A stretch of DNA of 64,000 nucleotides from a virus. Lineage: Duplodnaviria > Caudoviricetes. The position numbers and the translations under genes are program-made. Positions 55,550-64,000 of this stretch are shown here, piece by piece. The stretch's first letter is position 1, and every line of letters starts with the position of its first letter. The notes beneath the pieces were generated by a model that did no database searches, was not told where the DNA came from, and saw only the letters and a list, made by a program, of their open reading frames with translations. The DNA is taken from IMG/VR virus record IMGVR_UViG_3300001528_000699, positions 1 through 64,000 of that record. One strand, given 5' to 3'.

Positions 55550-57700
55550 ATGTTGAGTGAATTATTTAACGATATAAAGAAATCGAAGAACGTCGCCTCT
55601 ATCGGTGAGAAGCGGAAGTGGGGAGATAGGTGGTACATGAAGACCCCTCGCGGATGGGTGCTCACCAATGAAGAAGTGAATAAATTAACCGAGGAAGCTT
55701 TTCGTGCTAGAGAGGAGGAACTTGAAAGGAGAATAAATGAAGATCCCGAATTCCGTGCCCGCTATCAGAAAGAGCACGGTGAGGGATACACACCTTTCGT
55801 TCATTTAAAAGGAAATATCTCGGTAAAAGAAGTCGCTGGCATTCGGTTAAGAAATAGCGGTATTGACACGAAAGCTAAGAACTTGATGGCGCTTTTTCTA
55901 CCGAAGGCCGGGCAATGGGTTATCCCGATGCTGGGAGTGAACATTCCTCTAACCGATAAGATGAGGGAAGTGATCAGGGAACGGGGAAGATGCGAGCTGT
56001 ATTTCAGGAAAACGAAGAACGCGGCACCCGTTCGTGTGATGGTTGAAATGGATGAACGTGGTCGTTTTAAATTCACGGAAGCCACGAAAAGAGAAGGGAA
56101 AGTAGATGAATGGAAACTGTCTGTTGGTTCGGCTCTTGATCATGGATTATCCGGTCCTCATTTTTACAGTATCGACCTTGTCATGCCTTTCAAAGATGAT
56201 ATAGAGAAAGCGAAAGGTGCCGCTATCGGAGAGGAAAGGGAGTGGGGTGGAAAGGTTTACGTTAAAACTGTAAAAGGGTGGAGACCTAAAGGAAAAGGCG
56301 CGAAATCATCAGAGGATGATGAGGTCAAAACAGATCAATCTTCCAAAAATGAAATTCAGGGCGGCGATAAAAAAGCGATTCTTGAAGGGTACGCGTCTCA
56401 AGCGACTGACAAGCAACTTGAAACCGCCATGAATAAACCCGGTCAATCGGAAGAGGTGAGAAATATCGCCAAGCAAGAACTTGAAAATCGAGGGAAGGAA
56501 GTGAAGGAAGTTGAGGATGAAATTTCTTCGGCTTTAAATAAGCTGTTACAAAGCGATGAATTTGATGATGAATTTAAGAGGTTGCTTCAATCAAAACTCG
56601 ATGAGAGAACAGCTAAAAAACAGGAAAAAGAGAGTGAATCGGGAGAGAAGAAAGAGTTTGAATCATTCAAGAAGGAAGTAACTGAAAGGTTGGATAAACT
56701 TGAACAAGAAAATTCAGGTCACAAGCAGATAAAGAAAACGGGAATCATCGTTGACGGAAAGAAAATTTTTATCACGATGGATGGCGATCGTTATCAAGCG
56801 AAGAAAGGTGGTGAGACCTTGAAATCAGAACCGAATGAATCTCTGTCTAGTTTCAAGGATAAGGTGAGGGAAAAGTGGGGTGAAAAACAGGGGGAAGAAA
56901 AGGGCGAGCTAGAAAGAGATAAATTACCTGAAACACCCGAAATTGATATTCCGTTAGAAAGGATTAAAAAGGCAATAAGTGAGGGTGATTATAAAAACAA
57001 TTGGTTTTATAAAATGGTAATGGAAGATTCCGATGAAGCTCTCAGTTTCAGGAATGATAGAGAATTTCAACTTCTTTCAAACGCGGCGTTGCTTGAAAAA
57101 GGATTACGCCCTGTAATGGCACCCTTTGCGTTCACGGAATATGGTGGTGTGCAGTATAAGAGTTATGATCAGTATTTCATGGATTCGAACGATTCATTGA
57201 ATATTTATAAGAAGAAATTCAGGCCTTCAAGATCGATTTACACCAAGGCGGAAAAGGATGCGATGGAGGATTATAGTGGTGCGTATTTTGAATCCGTTCG
57301 AAGTTTTAATATTGATGGAACAGTGCCGTCATATCATGAAAAAGAGAAGGATGCGATTCGCCATACATCCGAATTAATTAAATCTTTTATAGATAGGAAT
57401 CGATTGAAAGAGAATGTTATTCTGAGTCGTCGCTTAAATTTTAAGGAGGGTGAAGAAAATCCATTTTTAAATCTTAAACCGGGTGATACATTTACCGACC
57501 CTTCATTCGGTTCATATTCACTCCGTCAATTATCAAGTTTTGGTCATTTTCAAATAACGTTACTCGCGAAGAAAGGTCAAGCTATATCAGCGATAAAATC
57601 AAATTGGCTGGGAGAACAAGAACTTCTTGCCCAAAAAGGATTGAAGTTTAAGGTTCTTGAAACCGGATATAAATCTATTGCGGTTGAGATAGTTGATTAA
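55550..57700 (+). CDS. Doubly tagged head protein with C-terminal VIP2-like ADP-ribosyltransferase (T4 Alt analogue)
   Basis: Two GE.R.W..YxKT..GW tags; LSRR, FTDPSFGSYS and GEQELL R-S-E motifs. Confidence 0.8.
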   Translation: MLSELFNDIKKSKNVASIGEKRKWGDRWYMKTPRGWVLTNEEVNKLTEEAFRAREEELERRINEDPEFRARYQKEHGEGYTPFVHLKGNISVKEVAGIRLRNSGIDTKAKNLMALFLPKAGQWVIPMLGVNIPLTDKMREVIRERGRCELYFRKTKNAAPVRVMVEMDERGRFKFTEATKREGKVDEWKLSVGSALDHGLSGPHFYSIDLVMPFKDDIEKAKGAAIGEEREWGGKVYVKTVKGWRPKGKGAKSSEDDEVKTDQSSKNEIQGGDKKAILEGYASQATDKQLETAMNKPGQSEEVRNIAKQELENRGKEVKEVEDEISSALNKLLQSDEFDDEFKRLLQSKLDERTAKKQEKESESGEKKEFESFKKEVTERLDKLEQENSGHKQIKKTGIIVDGKKIFITMDGDRYQAKKGGETLKSEPNESLSSFKDKVREKWGEKQGEEKGELERDKLPETPEIDIPLERIKKAISEGDYKNNWFYKMVMEDSDEALSFRNDREFQLLSNAALLEKGLRPVMAPFAFTEYGGVQYKSYDQYFMDSNDSLNIYKKKFRPSRSIYTKAEKDAMEDYSGAYFESVRSFNIDGTVPSYHEKEKDAIRHTSELIKSFIDRNRLKENVILSRRLNFKEGEENPFLNLKPGDTFTDPSFGSYSLRQLSSFGHFQITLLAKKGQAISAIKSNWLGEQELLAQKGLKFKVLETGYKSIAVEIVD

Positions 57701-57724
57701 TAGCGGGATTATTTATATTTTTAT

Positions 57725-57901
57725 ATGATGGAAGAGAATAACTTAATTAGAACGGTAAAAGAAGTGGATATCACCGGCATTAAATTTAATTATAACAGCG
57801 GTAAATCTAATCATGATAATTCTATCCTGATCAATGCTATTAAAAAGATCGGTGATGGTATTGAAGAATTGGAACGGGATAAAACCGGTAAAGAAAGTTA
57901 G
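57725..57901 (+). CDS. Small protein (58 aa, not in ORF track) downstream of the ART
   Basis: MMEENNLIRTVKEVDITG...; fills the intergenic gap. Confidence 0.55.
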   Translation: MMEENNLIRTVKEVDITGIKFNYNSGKSNHDNSILINAIKKIGDGIEELERDKTGKES

Positions 57902-57918
57902 AATATAACTATTTTTAC

Positions 57919-59745
57919 ATGCAGATTTTCACTTACAAGAAAAGAGATTTCAGTAATTTAAACATACACGCCACACGGATAGATAACCAGGGGTTATTCT
58001 TTTTGAGCGATATTCAAAGCCAAACCACGCAGCATTGGGTGCTGATGGGTTTTGATTGGACGCTCGGTTATAGGACATACCCCGAGATGATCGATCTGGC
58101 GAGAAAACTTAAAGCCATTCTTTGCATATTCGAGAACGGGAAGCTGGTTGAATGTTTCGATTTCGAGGAGGATCTTGTTCTGACCTATGAACAAGAGATA
58201 GCGGTTAATGATCCGCTTGAAAACGCACCTGTTTGGAATGAAGGTGTTGGTGGAGTTATCGAGGCACCGGAAGCCGTGGTGATAGACGAGGAAATCGTGT
58301 TACGATTCATCCCTTTACCCGGATTCACATTCAAAGGGTGGTACGACGAGAACAATGTATTGATATCAACTAATCAAGATCATAAATTCACGGTTAAGAA
58401 ATCCGAGACGATAACCGCTAGATCTCAGAAAAGATGGTACAACGTCTCTTGCGAGTTTGATAACGATATGGGTCTTGTTAACGGTCTTGGTAGGTATGTT
58501 TACGGGACGGAGGTAACGTTGACGGCTATCGGAAAGATGGGTTACAAATTCAAAGTGTGGTCTGACGGTTACACGGAGGCGGTTAGAAAAGTAACGGTAA
58601 CCGAAAATATCAATTTGGAAGTCGAGTTCGAGGTGAATGACGTGGTGGTTAACGCGAAAGTTTACCCGGTTGGAGCGGGTTCGATCACTAACGTGAATAA
58701 CATAACGCAGGAAGGTCAAACGGCTGACTTCCTGGCCACGCCAACCGATGATTACCTGTTTGACGAGTTCACCTACGCGACGGAGGAAGATCCAACAGGA
58801 GAGGAAGCGTTATCATCCAAGACGAACCCTGTCAAGATAAAACTTCTAGCTGGAAGAAATATAACGGCGAGATTCAAGTTACCGGTGGTTGACGTGAATA
58901 TGATCGCTAAAACGGGGTATAATGAGGCTGATCCGCAAGTTGCGACAACCTTTTCTGAAGGAACAACCGGTGGAACGATCTCTAATCAAGGCGGTTTGCT
59001 AACACCCGGAACATCATTTCAAAGTACCGCCACGCCAGCCGAAGGGTACGAGTTCGTTGGTTGGTACAACCTTCTATCAGGTGGAACGCTATTATCAGCA
59101 AACGCCACTTACACGAATAATGTCGGTAATTCTGACACGACGATATACGCTCGTTTCCAGAAGAAGTGGTACACTATAACGGCAACGAAAGGCGATTACA
59201 TAGAATCAGTCGAGGTTGGACCTAGCTTGCCTCCAACGCAAGAAGGTAACGGTACCATGAGAATAGCTCACGGAGAAGGAGTGATTCTGTCTTGCACTTT
59301 ATTACCCGATACAACCGATTACACGTACGATTTTGATGGATGGTACGATAACGGGGTTAAAGTACAGAATGAAGGAACCACGGCGGCGATAGATCCCGTA
59401 ACCAAGAATATAAACTGGACCGCCAAGGGAAAGAGAACGGCAACGCCAGATTATTCGCTGACCGCTAAGGCCGTTTTCAAGGCTATCGGTTCAGATACCT
59501 ACGTTGAATCAACAGAGGGTGGGACTGTTACCCCGACATCAGGTTCATACAAGAGCGGTGCGAGAGTGACGTTAACATCCGAGGTTGCGGCTGACACCGA
59601 AACGGCGGAATATCTGTTTGACGGTTATTTCACGGGGATGAATGACGGAAATAATTTATCGTACAGCAAAACGTACGGCGTAACGATAAGCGGTAACACG
59701 ACCGTTTACGCTAGATTCAGCGCGTCTGAGAAGAGCGGTAGTTAG
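57919..59745 (+). CDS. Surface/decoration protein with tandem InlB-B/Flg_new-like repeats
   Basis: Repeated TLTA.P..GY.F.GWY...T.YARF units. Confidence 0.75.
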   Translation: MQIFTYKKRDFSNLNIHATRIDNQGLFFLSDIQSQTTQHWVLMGFDWTLGYRTYPEMIDLARKLKAILCIFENGKLVECFDFEEDLVLTYEQEIAVNDPLENAPVWNEGVGGVIEAPEAVVIDEEIVLRFIPLPGFTFKGWYDENNVLISTNQDHKFTVKKSETITARSQKRWYNVSCEFDNDMGLVNGLGRYVYGTEVTLTAIGKMGYKFKVWSDGYTEAVRKVTVTENINLEVEFEVNDVVVNAKVYPVGAGSITNVNNITQEGQTADFLATPTDDYLFDEFTYATEEDPTGEEALSSKTNPVKIKLLAGRNITARFKLPVVDVNMIAKTGYNEADPQVATTFSEGTTGGTISNQGGLLTPGTSFQSTATPAEGYEFVGWYNLLSGGTLLSANATYTNNVGNSDTTIYARFQKKWYTITATKGDYIESVEVGPSLPPTQEGNGTMRIAHGEGVILSCTLLPDTTDYTYDFDGWYDNGVKVQNEGTTAAIDPVTKNINWTAKGKRTATPDYSLTAKAVFKAIGSDTYVESTEGGTVTPTSGSYKSGARVTLTSEVAADTETAEYLFDGYFTGMNDGNNLSYSKTYGVTISGNTTVYARFSASEKSGS

Positions 59746-59761
59746 ATGAAAATGAAAGAAA

Positions 59762-60550
59762 ATGATAGAGAATAGATTTAATTTTTGGGTCCCGATTGAT
59801 ATAGAGAAAGCGAGATCCGACAAGGAAAAAGAAGATGATTCCCGCTACGATAACATGGTGTTCGAGGGCGTGGCGAGTGATGATAGCGAGGATGATGAAG
59901 GGGAATCGATGAATCCAAGCGGGTTCGTGCTGGATAGATTCCTGAAAAGCGGTTTATTGAACCTTGACCACCTAACCTCGAGAGCGAAAGAGAATAAGTC
60001 TCGGTTTTGGATAGGTGAGCCGATTGACGCTTACGTGAAGGATAATAAATTCTTCGTGAAAGGAAAATTGTGGAAGAAATCGCCAGAAGCGAGGGCGTTC
60101 TGGGATAAGTGTATCCAGATGTCGGAGTCCGGTTCATCCCGTAAACCGGGAATGTCGATAGAAGGGAAAGTGATAGAGAGAGATAAAATGAACCCAAGAA
60201 AGGTAAACAAGGCATTGATCACGAACGTGGCTTTAACCTTTCAACCGGTGAACACGAACTCTTTCTTCGATATCGTGAAAGGTCGTCAATCAAAAGATTT
60301 CATCGATTACGAGTTTGAAAGCGACAAGGATTTTGATGAAAATGACAAGGTGATACTTGAATGGGAAGACGAGAGAGGCAACCTCCTGATGCTTGATTCA
60401 AAATTCAAGATCAAGGTGAAGAAAAAGCCAGAGTACAAGGTGGAAACGATCGAAAAGATGGCGAAAAGTTTCTCGGAAGGATCCGTTTCAGAGAGGGTTT
60501 ATATCGATTTCATCAAAAAGATAGAGAAAAATTTCCGTTTATCAAATTAA
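59762..60550 (+). CDS. Prohead protease
   Basis: FEGVASD...DEGE, LNLDH, IGEP, GMSIEG, NVALT.QPVN. Confidence 0.85.
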   Translation: MIENRFNFWVPIDIEKARSDKEKEDDSRYDNMVFEGVASDDSEDDEGESMNPSGFVLDRFLKSGLLNLDHLTSRAKENKSRFWIGEPIDAYVKDNKFFVKGKLWKKSPEARAFWDKCIQMSESGSSRKPGMSIEGKVIERDKMNPRKVNKALITNVALTFQPVNTNSFFDIVKGRQSKDFIDYEFESDKDFDENDKVILEWEDERGNLLMLDSKFKIKVKKKPEYKVETIEKMAKSFSEGSVSERVYIDFIKKIEKNFRLSN

Positions 60551-60602
60551 TTGATTATTTTTATCACAAAATGTATAAGTTAGAAACTAAATACTTTAAG
60601 AA

Positions 60603-61346
60603 ATGAAACCTATTACGAGTGAAATAGTGCAGGAACTGCAAAAAAGGGGGATTTCTTTGGATCAATACTGTGGCGACGAGGTCGTGAAAGCGTTGTTGGA
60701 CGCTGAGTTCGATCACGATTATATTTTGAAGAGTATCGATAACGGAGACATCACCACTTTCGCTAAATCAAAGTACACTGAGAAAGAAGAAATCGAGTAC
60801 GATGAGAATAAAGCGGGAGAGCACGAAAGACGTGATTTCGAGGAAGGAAAAGAAGAAGGCGAGAAAGAGGAAAAAGAAGAAATCGAAAAGAAGAAAAAAG
60901 ATAAGAAGGATGTTGAGAAATCGGAAGAAGATAAAGGTGAAGAGATGAAGAAATCCATCGAGAGTGACCTTTATAAATCTCAACGTGAATTTTTCGAAGA
61001 GGTTAACGCTTCCTTGAGCGAGATGAAGGATTTGATGAAATCCATGGGAGAGGAGCTTGAAACCTTGAGAAATCAACCGATGCCTTTCCGTTCTGTCGAT
61101 AAAGGTGCCGTTTTGGAGAAATCTTTCGGTGTTAAAACAACCGACGAAGGAAAGAAAATTTTATCCAAATCCGCTCATCGTGAACCGTTAAAACGGGTTA
61201 TGACCGAGTGCTTCGAGAAAGAGGAAGATAACGAGATGAAGAAATCTCTCGCTAATGATATCATGTCTTACTCTACCGGTACCATGTCACTTTCACAAGC
61301 GACCATCGATTACCTGAGTAAGAAAGGAATTGAAGTAGTTGAATAA
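60603..61346 (+). CDS. Scaffold protein
   Basis: E/K-rich coiled coil between protease and capsid; many xxKS sites. Confidence 0.7.
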   Translation: MKPITSEIVQELQKRGISLDQYCGDEVVKALLDAEFDHDYILKSIDNGDITTFAKSKYTEKEEIEYDENKAGEHERRDFEEGKEEGEKEEKEEIEKKKKDKKDVEKSEEDKGEEMKKSIESDLYKSQREFFEEVNASLSEMKDLMKSMGEELETLRNQPMPFRSVDKGAVLEKSFGVKTTDEGKKILSKSAHREPLKRVMTECFEKEEDNEMKKSLANDIMSYSTGTMSLSQATIDYLSKKGIEVVE

Positions 61347-61377
61347 TTTAATTGAATCAGAATAAAATATAGCAAAT

Positions 61378-62901
61378 ATGGTTGGAGAACAATTTGATTT
61401 TAATGGAGTAACTCCGGGAATCGACCGGGGAGAGTTCTTATCCGCCGATATTCTGAAGGCCATGGAAGCCGGGTTACAAACCGGTATGCAATACGCTAAC
61501 ACCTTGAATAACGGTGGCGGCTTGAAAGTGGAGTCTTTGGATGGCGTCATCAAGGTGTTGGAATACACTGAGAAACAATTGGTGTTGTGGAAAAACATCG
61601 GTAAAAAGAAAATTTACAACACCGTTCATCAATACAACCAGTTAGTGAAATACGGTAACAATATCGGGATCGCTAACTTGGAAGGTGAAACACCTCAATT
61701 CACCGATTCTCAATACAGACGGAAACCGATCATCACCAAGTTCTTGGGAGTTAGCGGTCAGGTAACGCATCCCGCAACCTTGGTTCGTATCGCCGCTGAA
61801 GGGGATTCAATGTACGAATTAGAGGTTCGTAATAAAACCTTGTTATTGTTACAAAACCTGAACGTTGCCCTGTCTAACTTCGATAGTAGCTGTATCGACG
61901 AGGAGTTTTCCGGTATCTGGCAGCAACACGTTGAGGGTATCCTCGATATTTACGGAGGTATGTCAGGAAAAACTTCCGAGGCGATCCTTGACACCTATTA
62001 TAACGATCCGGCTGTTGTTAACGCTGATGGTAATATCTTGAGCGACTTCAGCTTGCAAGAAGCAACGAACACCATCGTTAACTTGCGTTACGGTTTCGCT
62101 GACAAGATCATCGCCAATCCGATCGTTTTCACTGACTACGTGAACGCTCATACAGCTAACAAGGTGTTGAATGTGAACGGTGTATCTGGAAGTATGATGA
62201 ATGCTCGTGCCGGGTTACAAGTAACCAGCGTTGCAACTCAGTTCGGTGACATCGATTTCATGGCCGACCCGTTCTTCGATAGCAAACCGGCTCGTTTGGC
62301 AACTTCACCAGCTACTAACGACAAAGCCCCGGCCGCCCCGGTTAAAGATAACACAGCCGCAGTTGCGGTGGTAAACAACGATACGAAGACCAATTTCACG
62401 AACCACGAAGGATCTTACCTGTACGCTGTTGCCGCCAAGAATCGCTATGGAGAAAGTGCGTTGACTAAATTGAACGACGTTGCTCAAGCAGTGACAAAAA
62501 CTCAATCCGTTGATTTGAAATTCACCGCGGCCGTTGATTCAGTTTACCCGACTCAAGCATTCGTGATCTACCGTACGGAAGTTAACCCGGCAAACGCCGC
62601 AACCGCTAATTACTACCCGATTTTCCAAATCCCGGTATCTCAGTTAGCTTCAGGTTACGACGGTGCTGCCGCTAACGCTGTTCGTGATAGAAACCGTTCT
62701 ATCGCAGGAACTCACTCGGCTTTGGTATTCAAGATGGATGATTCCTTGATCCAATACTTGCAATTGGCTGACACGATGAAGATGGAGTACGCTATCACTT
62801 CACCGAGTAGACGCTTCTCTATCTTGAATTACGGTACGCCGGTACTGTACGCTCCTGGTAAGTTTGTGAGAATTTGCAACATTGGACGTAAAGCGGAATA
62901 A
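61378..62901 (+). CDS. Major capsid protein (SPO1/Twort-like)
   Basis: ILKA...GGGLKVESLD..IKVL, TVHQYNQ, YGTPVLYAP.K..RI.NI. Confidence 0.88.
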   Translation: MVGEQFDFNGVTPGIDRGEFLSADILKAMEAGLQTGMQYANTLNNGGGLKVESLDGVIKVLEYTEKQLVLWKNIGKKKIYNTVHQYNQLVKYGNNIGIANLEGETPQFTDSQYRRKPIITKFLGVSGQVTHPATLVRIAAEGDSMYELEVRNKTLLLLQNLNVALSNFDSSCIDEEFSGIWQQHVEGILDIYGGMSGKTSEAILDTYYNDPAVVNADGNILSDFSLQEATNTIVNLRYGFADKIIANPIVFTDYVNAHTANKVLNVNGVSGSMMNARAGLQVTSVATQFGDIDFMADPFFDSKPARLATSPATNDKAPAAPVKDNTAAVAVVNNDTKTNFTNHEGSYLYAVAAKNRYGESALTKLNDVAQAVTKTQSVDLKFTAAVDSVYPTQAFVIYRTEVNPANAATANYYPIFQIPVSQLASGYDGAAANAVRDRNRSIAGTHSALVFKMDDSLIQYLQLADTMKMEYAITSPSRRFSILNYGTPVLYAPGKFVRICNIGRKAE

Positions 62902-62933
62902 TCTCGTGTTTTAATATATTGATGATTTATCCG

Positions 62934-62968
62934 TGAAAGGGAACCTTCAAAAAGTTCCCTTTCATTTT
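62934..62968 (+). terminator. Intrinsic terminator after capsid gene
   Basis: TGAAAGGGAAC/GTTCCCTTTCA plus Ts. Confidence 0.8.
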
Positions 62969-63029
62969 ATCATCTTGATAAATAGAAAAATTATCAGTAT
63001 TTTTATGGTGAAACTTTAAAACTAAAAAC

Positions 63030-63575
63030 ATGAAAATAGAATCACAGGCCTATAAGGGTCAATCAATTAGAATTTTCGACGAGGTGATCACGTTCGGTCT
63101 TGATGGAATCGTTGAGGTAAACGATGAACTGGGTGAAAGAATTATCAATTCAGGTCTTCGTATTTACAGGGAAGGTGAGGTTCCGTCCAAGAAATCGAAA
63201 GCGGAAATGGAACTTGAAAAGGAATTGGAGAAGCGCGTTCAAGCGTACAAGGTGGAAAACGACTCTTTGAGAATCCAAATAAACGGCTTGAACGCTAAAA
63301 TTCAACGCTTGAATGATGAATTGAAGTTATGGAAAGACGCTTGCGAGTCGTTGAAGAAAGACCCGGCCTCCGATCTTCCTCAAGCGGAATCCATCGAAGA
63401 GAAGGAAGTTGTGAAAAGCGAGGATGATGAGATCCGTGAGCAATTAGAAGGTAAGAAAAAGGATGAACTCGTTGAAATGGCGAAACAGCTCGGAATCACC
63501 GAAGATCAATTAATGATTGATGGCCGGTACAAGAAAAAAGACGAGATCATAGATTTGCTTTTATCCGTGAAATAA
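63030..63575 (+). CDS. Hypothetical protein (coiled coil plus Rho-N-like C-terminus)
   Basis: KKKDELVEMAKQLGI...KKDEIIDLL. Confidence 0.65.
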   Translation: MKIESQAYKGQSIRIFDEVITFGLDGIVEVNDELGERIINSGLRIYREGEVPSKKSKAEMELEKELEKRVQAYKVENDSLRIQINGLNAKIQRLNDELKLWKDACESLKKDPASDLPQAESIEEKEVVKSEDDEIREQLEGKKKDELVEMAKQLGITEDQLMIDGRYKKKDEIIDLLLSVK

Positions 63576-63576
63576 A

Positions 63577-64000
63577 ATGAAACTGACACTATCCATAAAG
63601 TACAAGAAGAACACGGGGTTACTGTTCTCGCCTGCCGAGATCAACACCCTCTATCTTTACGGGATCTCGATAAGCGCGACCAACGGGACCAAGTTCTCGG
63701 ACGAGGCTTACGAGTATTACGTGAGAGAAGCGCAGAAAACGGTGGAGAACTGGTTCTCGGTGAAGATCGTGAAGCAATTGATAACGGAATCCTCTTCTTA
63801 TTACTGGGATAGTTACAGCCAGCAATTCCCGATAATAAACACGAAGTACATCGTTCAGAAACCTCTAGCGTTGGTTGGTTTACTGAAAACGGTGGAGCAG
63901 GTTAGATACCCTGTCGAATGGTTATCCTACGCCAAAGACCCTGACCAGATAGGTGGTAGAAGGATCAGTATAGTCCCCACCGGTTCAGGCTCGATGGCTA
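63577..64000 (+). CDS. Probable head-completion/neck protein, 3'-truncated
   Basis: Open frame MKLTLSIKYKKNTGLLFSPAEI... to the window end; position after capsid. Confidence 0.5.
   Translation, partial: MKLTLSIKYKKNTGLLFSPAEINTLYLYGISISATNGTKFSDEAYEYYVREAQKTVENWFSVKIVKQLITESSSYYWDSYSQQFPIINTKYIVQKPLALVGLLKTVEQVRYPVEWLSYAKDPDQIGGRRISIVPTGSGSMA

Noticed and set aside
1-64000. Stop-codon reassignment as in some gut phages
   Set aside because: Genes are full length in code 11, and TAA, TAG and TGA all end conserved genes at expected positions

Overview
This is a 64 kb segment of a large lytic-type dsDNA tailed phage. The host is most likely Bacteroidota, based on a DUF4494-like gene, a crAss001_48-like gene and TAnnTTT-type -7 promoters. 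From left to right it holds: (1) a 7-deazaguanine DNA-modification cluster (queE, folE, ParB-like, two TGT/DpdA-like genes plus a gutted paralog, intein-containing queC); (2) a replication/recombination/nucleotide block (DnaE split into two genes, SSB, SbcD, RecA, SbcC, RuvC-like, ThyX, NAD ligase, two helicases, class II RNR); (3) an accessory region of small genes driven by near-identical promoter cassettes; (4) an endolysin and fibre-like genes; (5) a minus-strand antirepressor/initiator cluster with structured RNA leaders, ending at an iteron-like array; (6) the head module (portal, MuF-like with intein, protease, scaffold, SPO1/Twort-like major capsid). The most striking feature is a set of head-module genes sharing an [IL][EK]K[AS] plus GExRxWxxxxYxKTxxGW tag fused to different cargo domains. 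One cargo is an ADP-ribosyltransferase, and another also exists untagged behind an early-type promoter, which suggests a modular virion-delivered effector system. Other highlights are the split DnaE whose junction carries a non-catalytic intein-like relic, and three A-B-A'-B' switch-like RNA elements. All calls come from motif recognition by eye; no searches were run.
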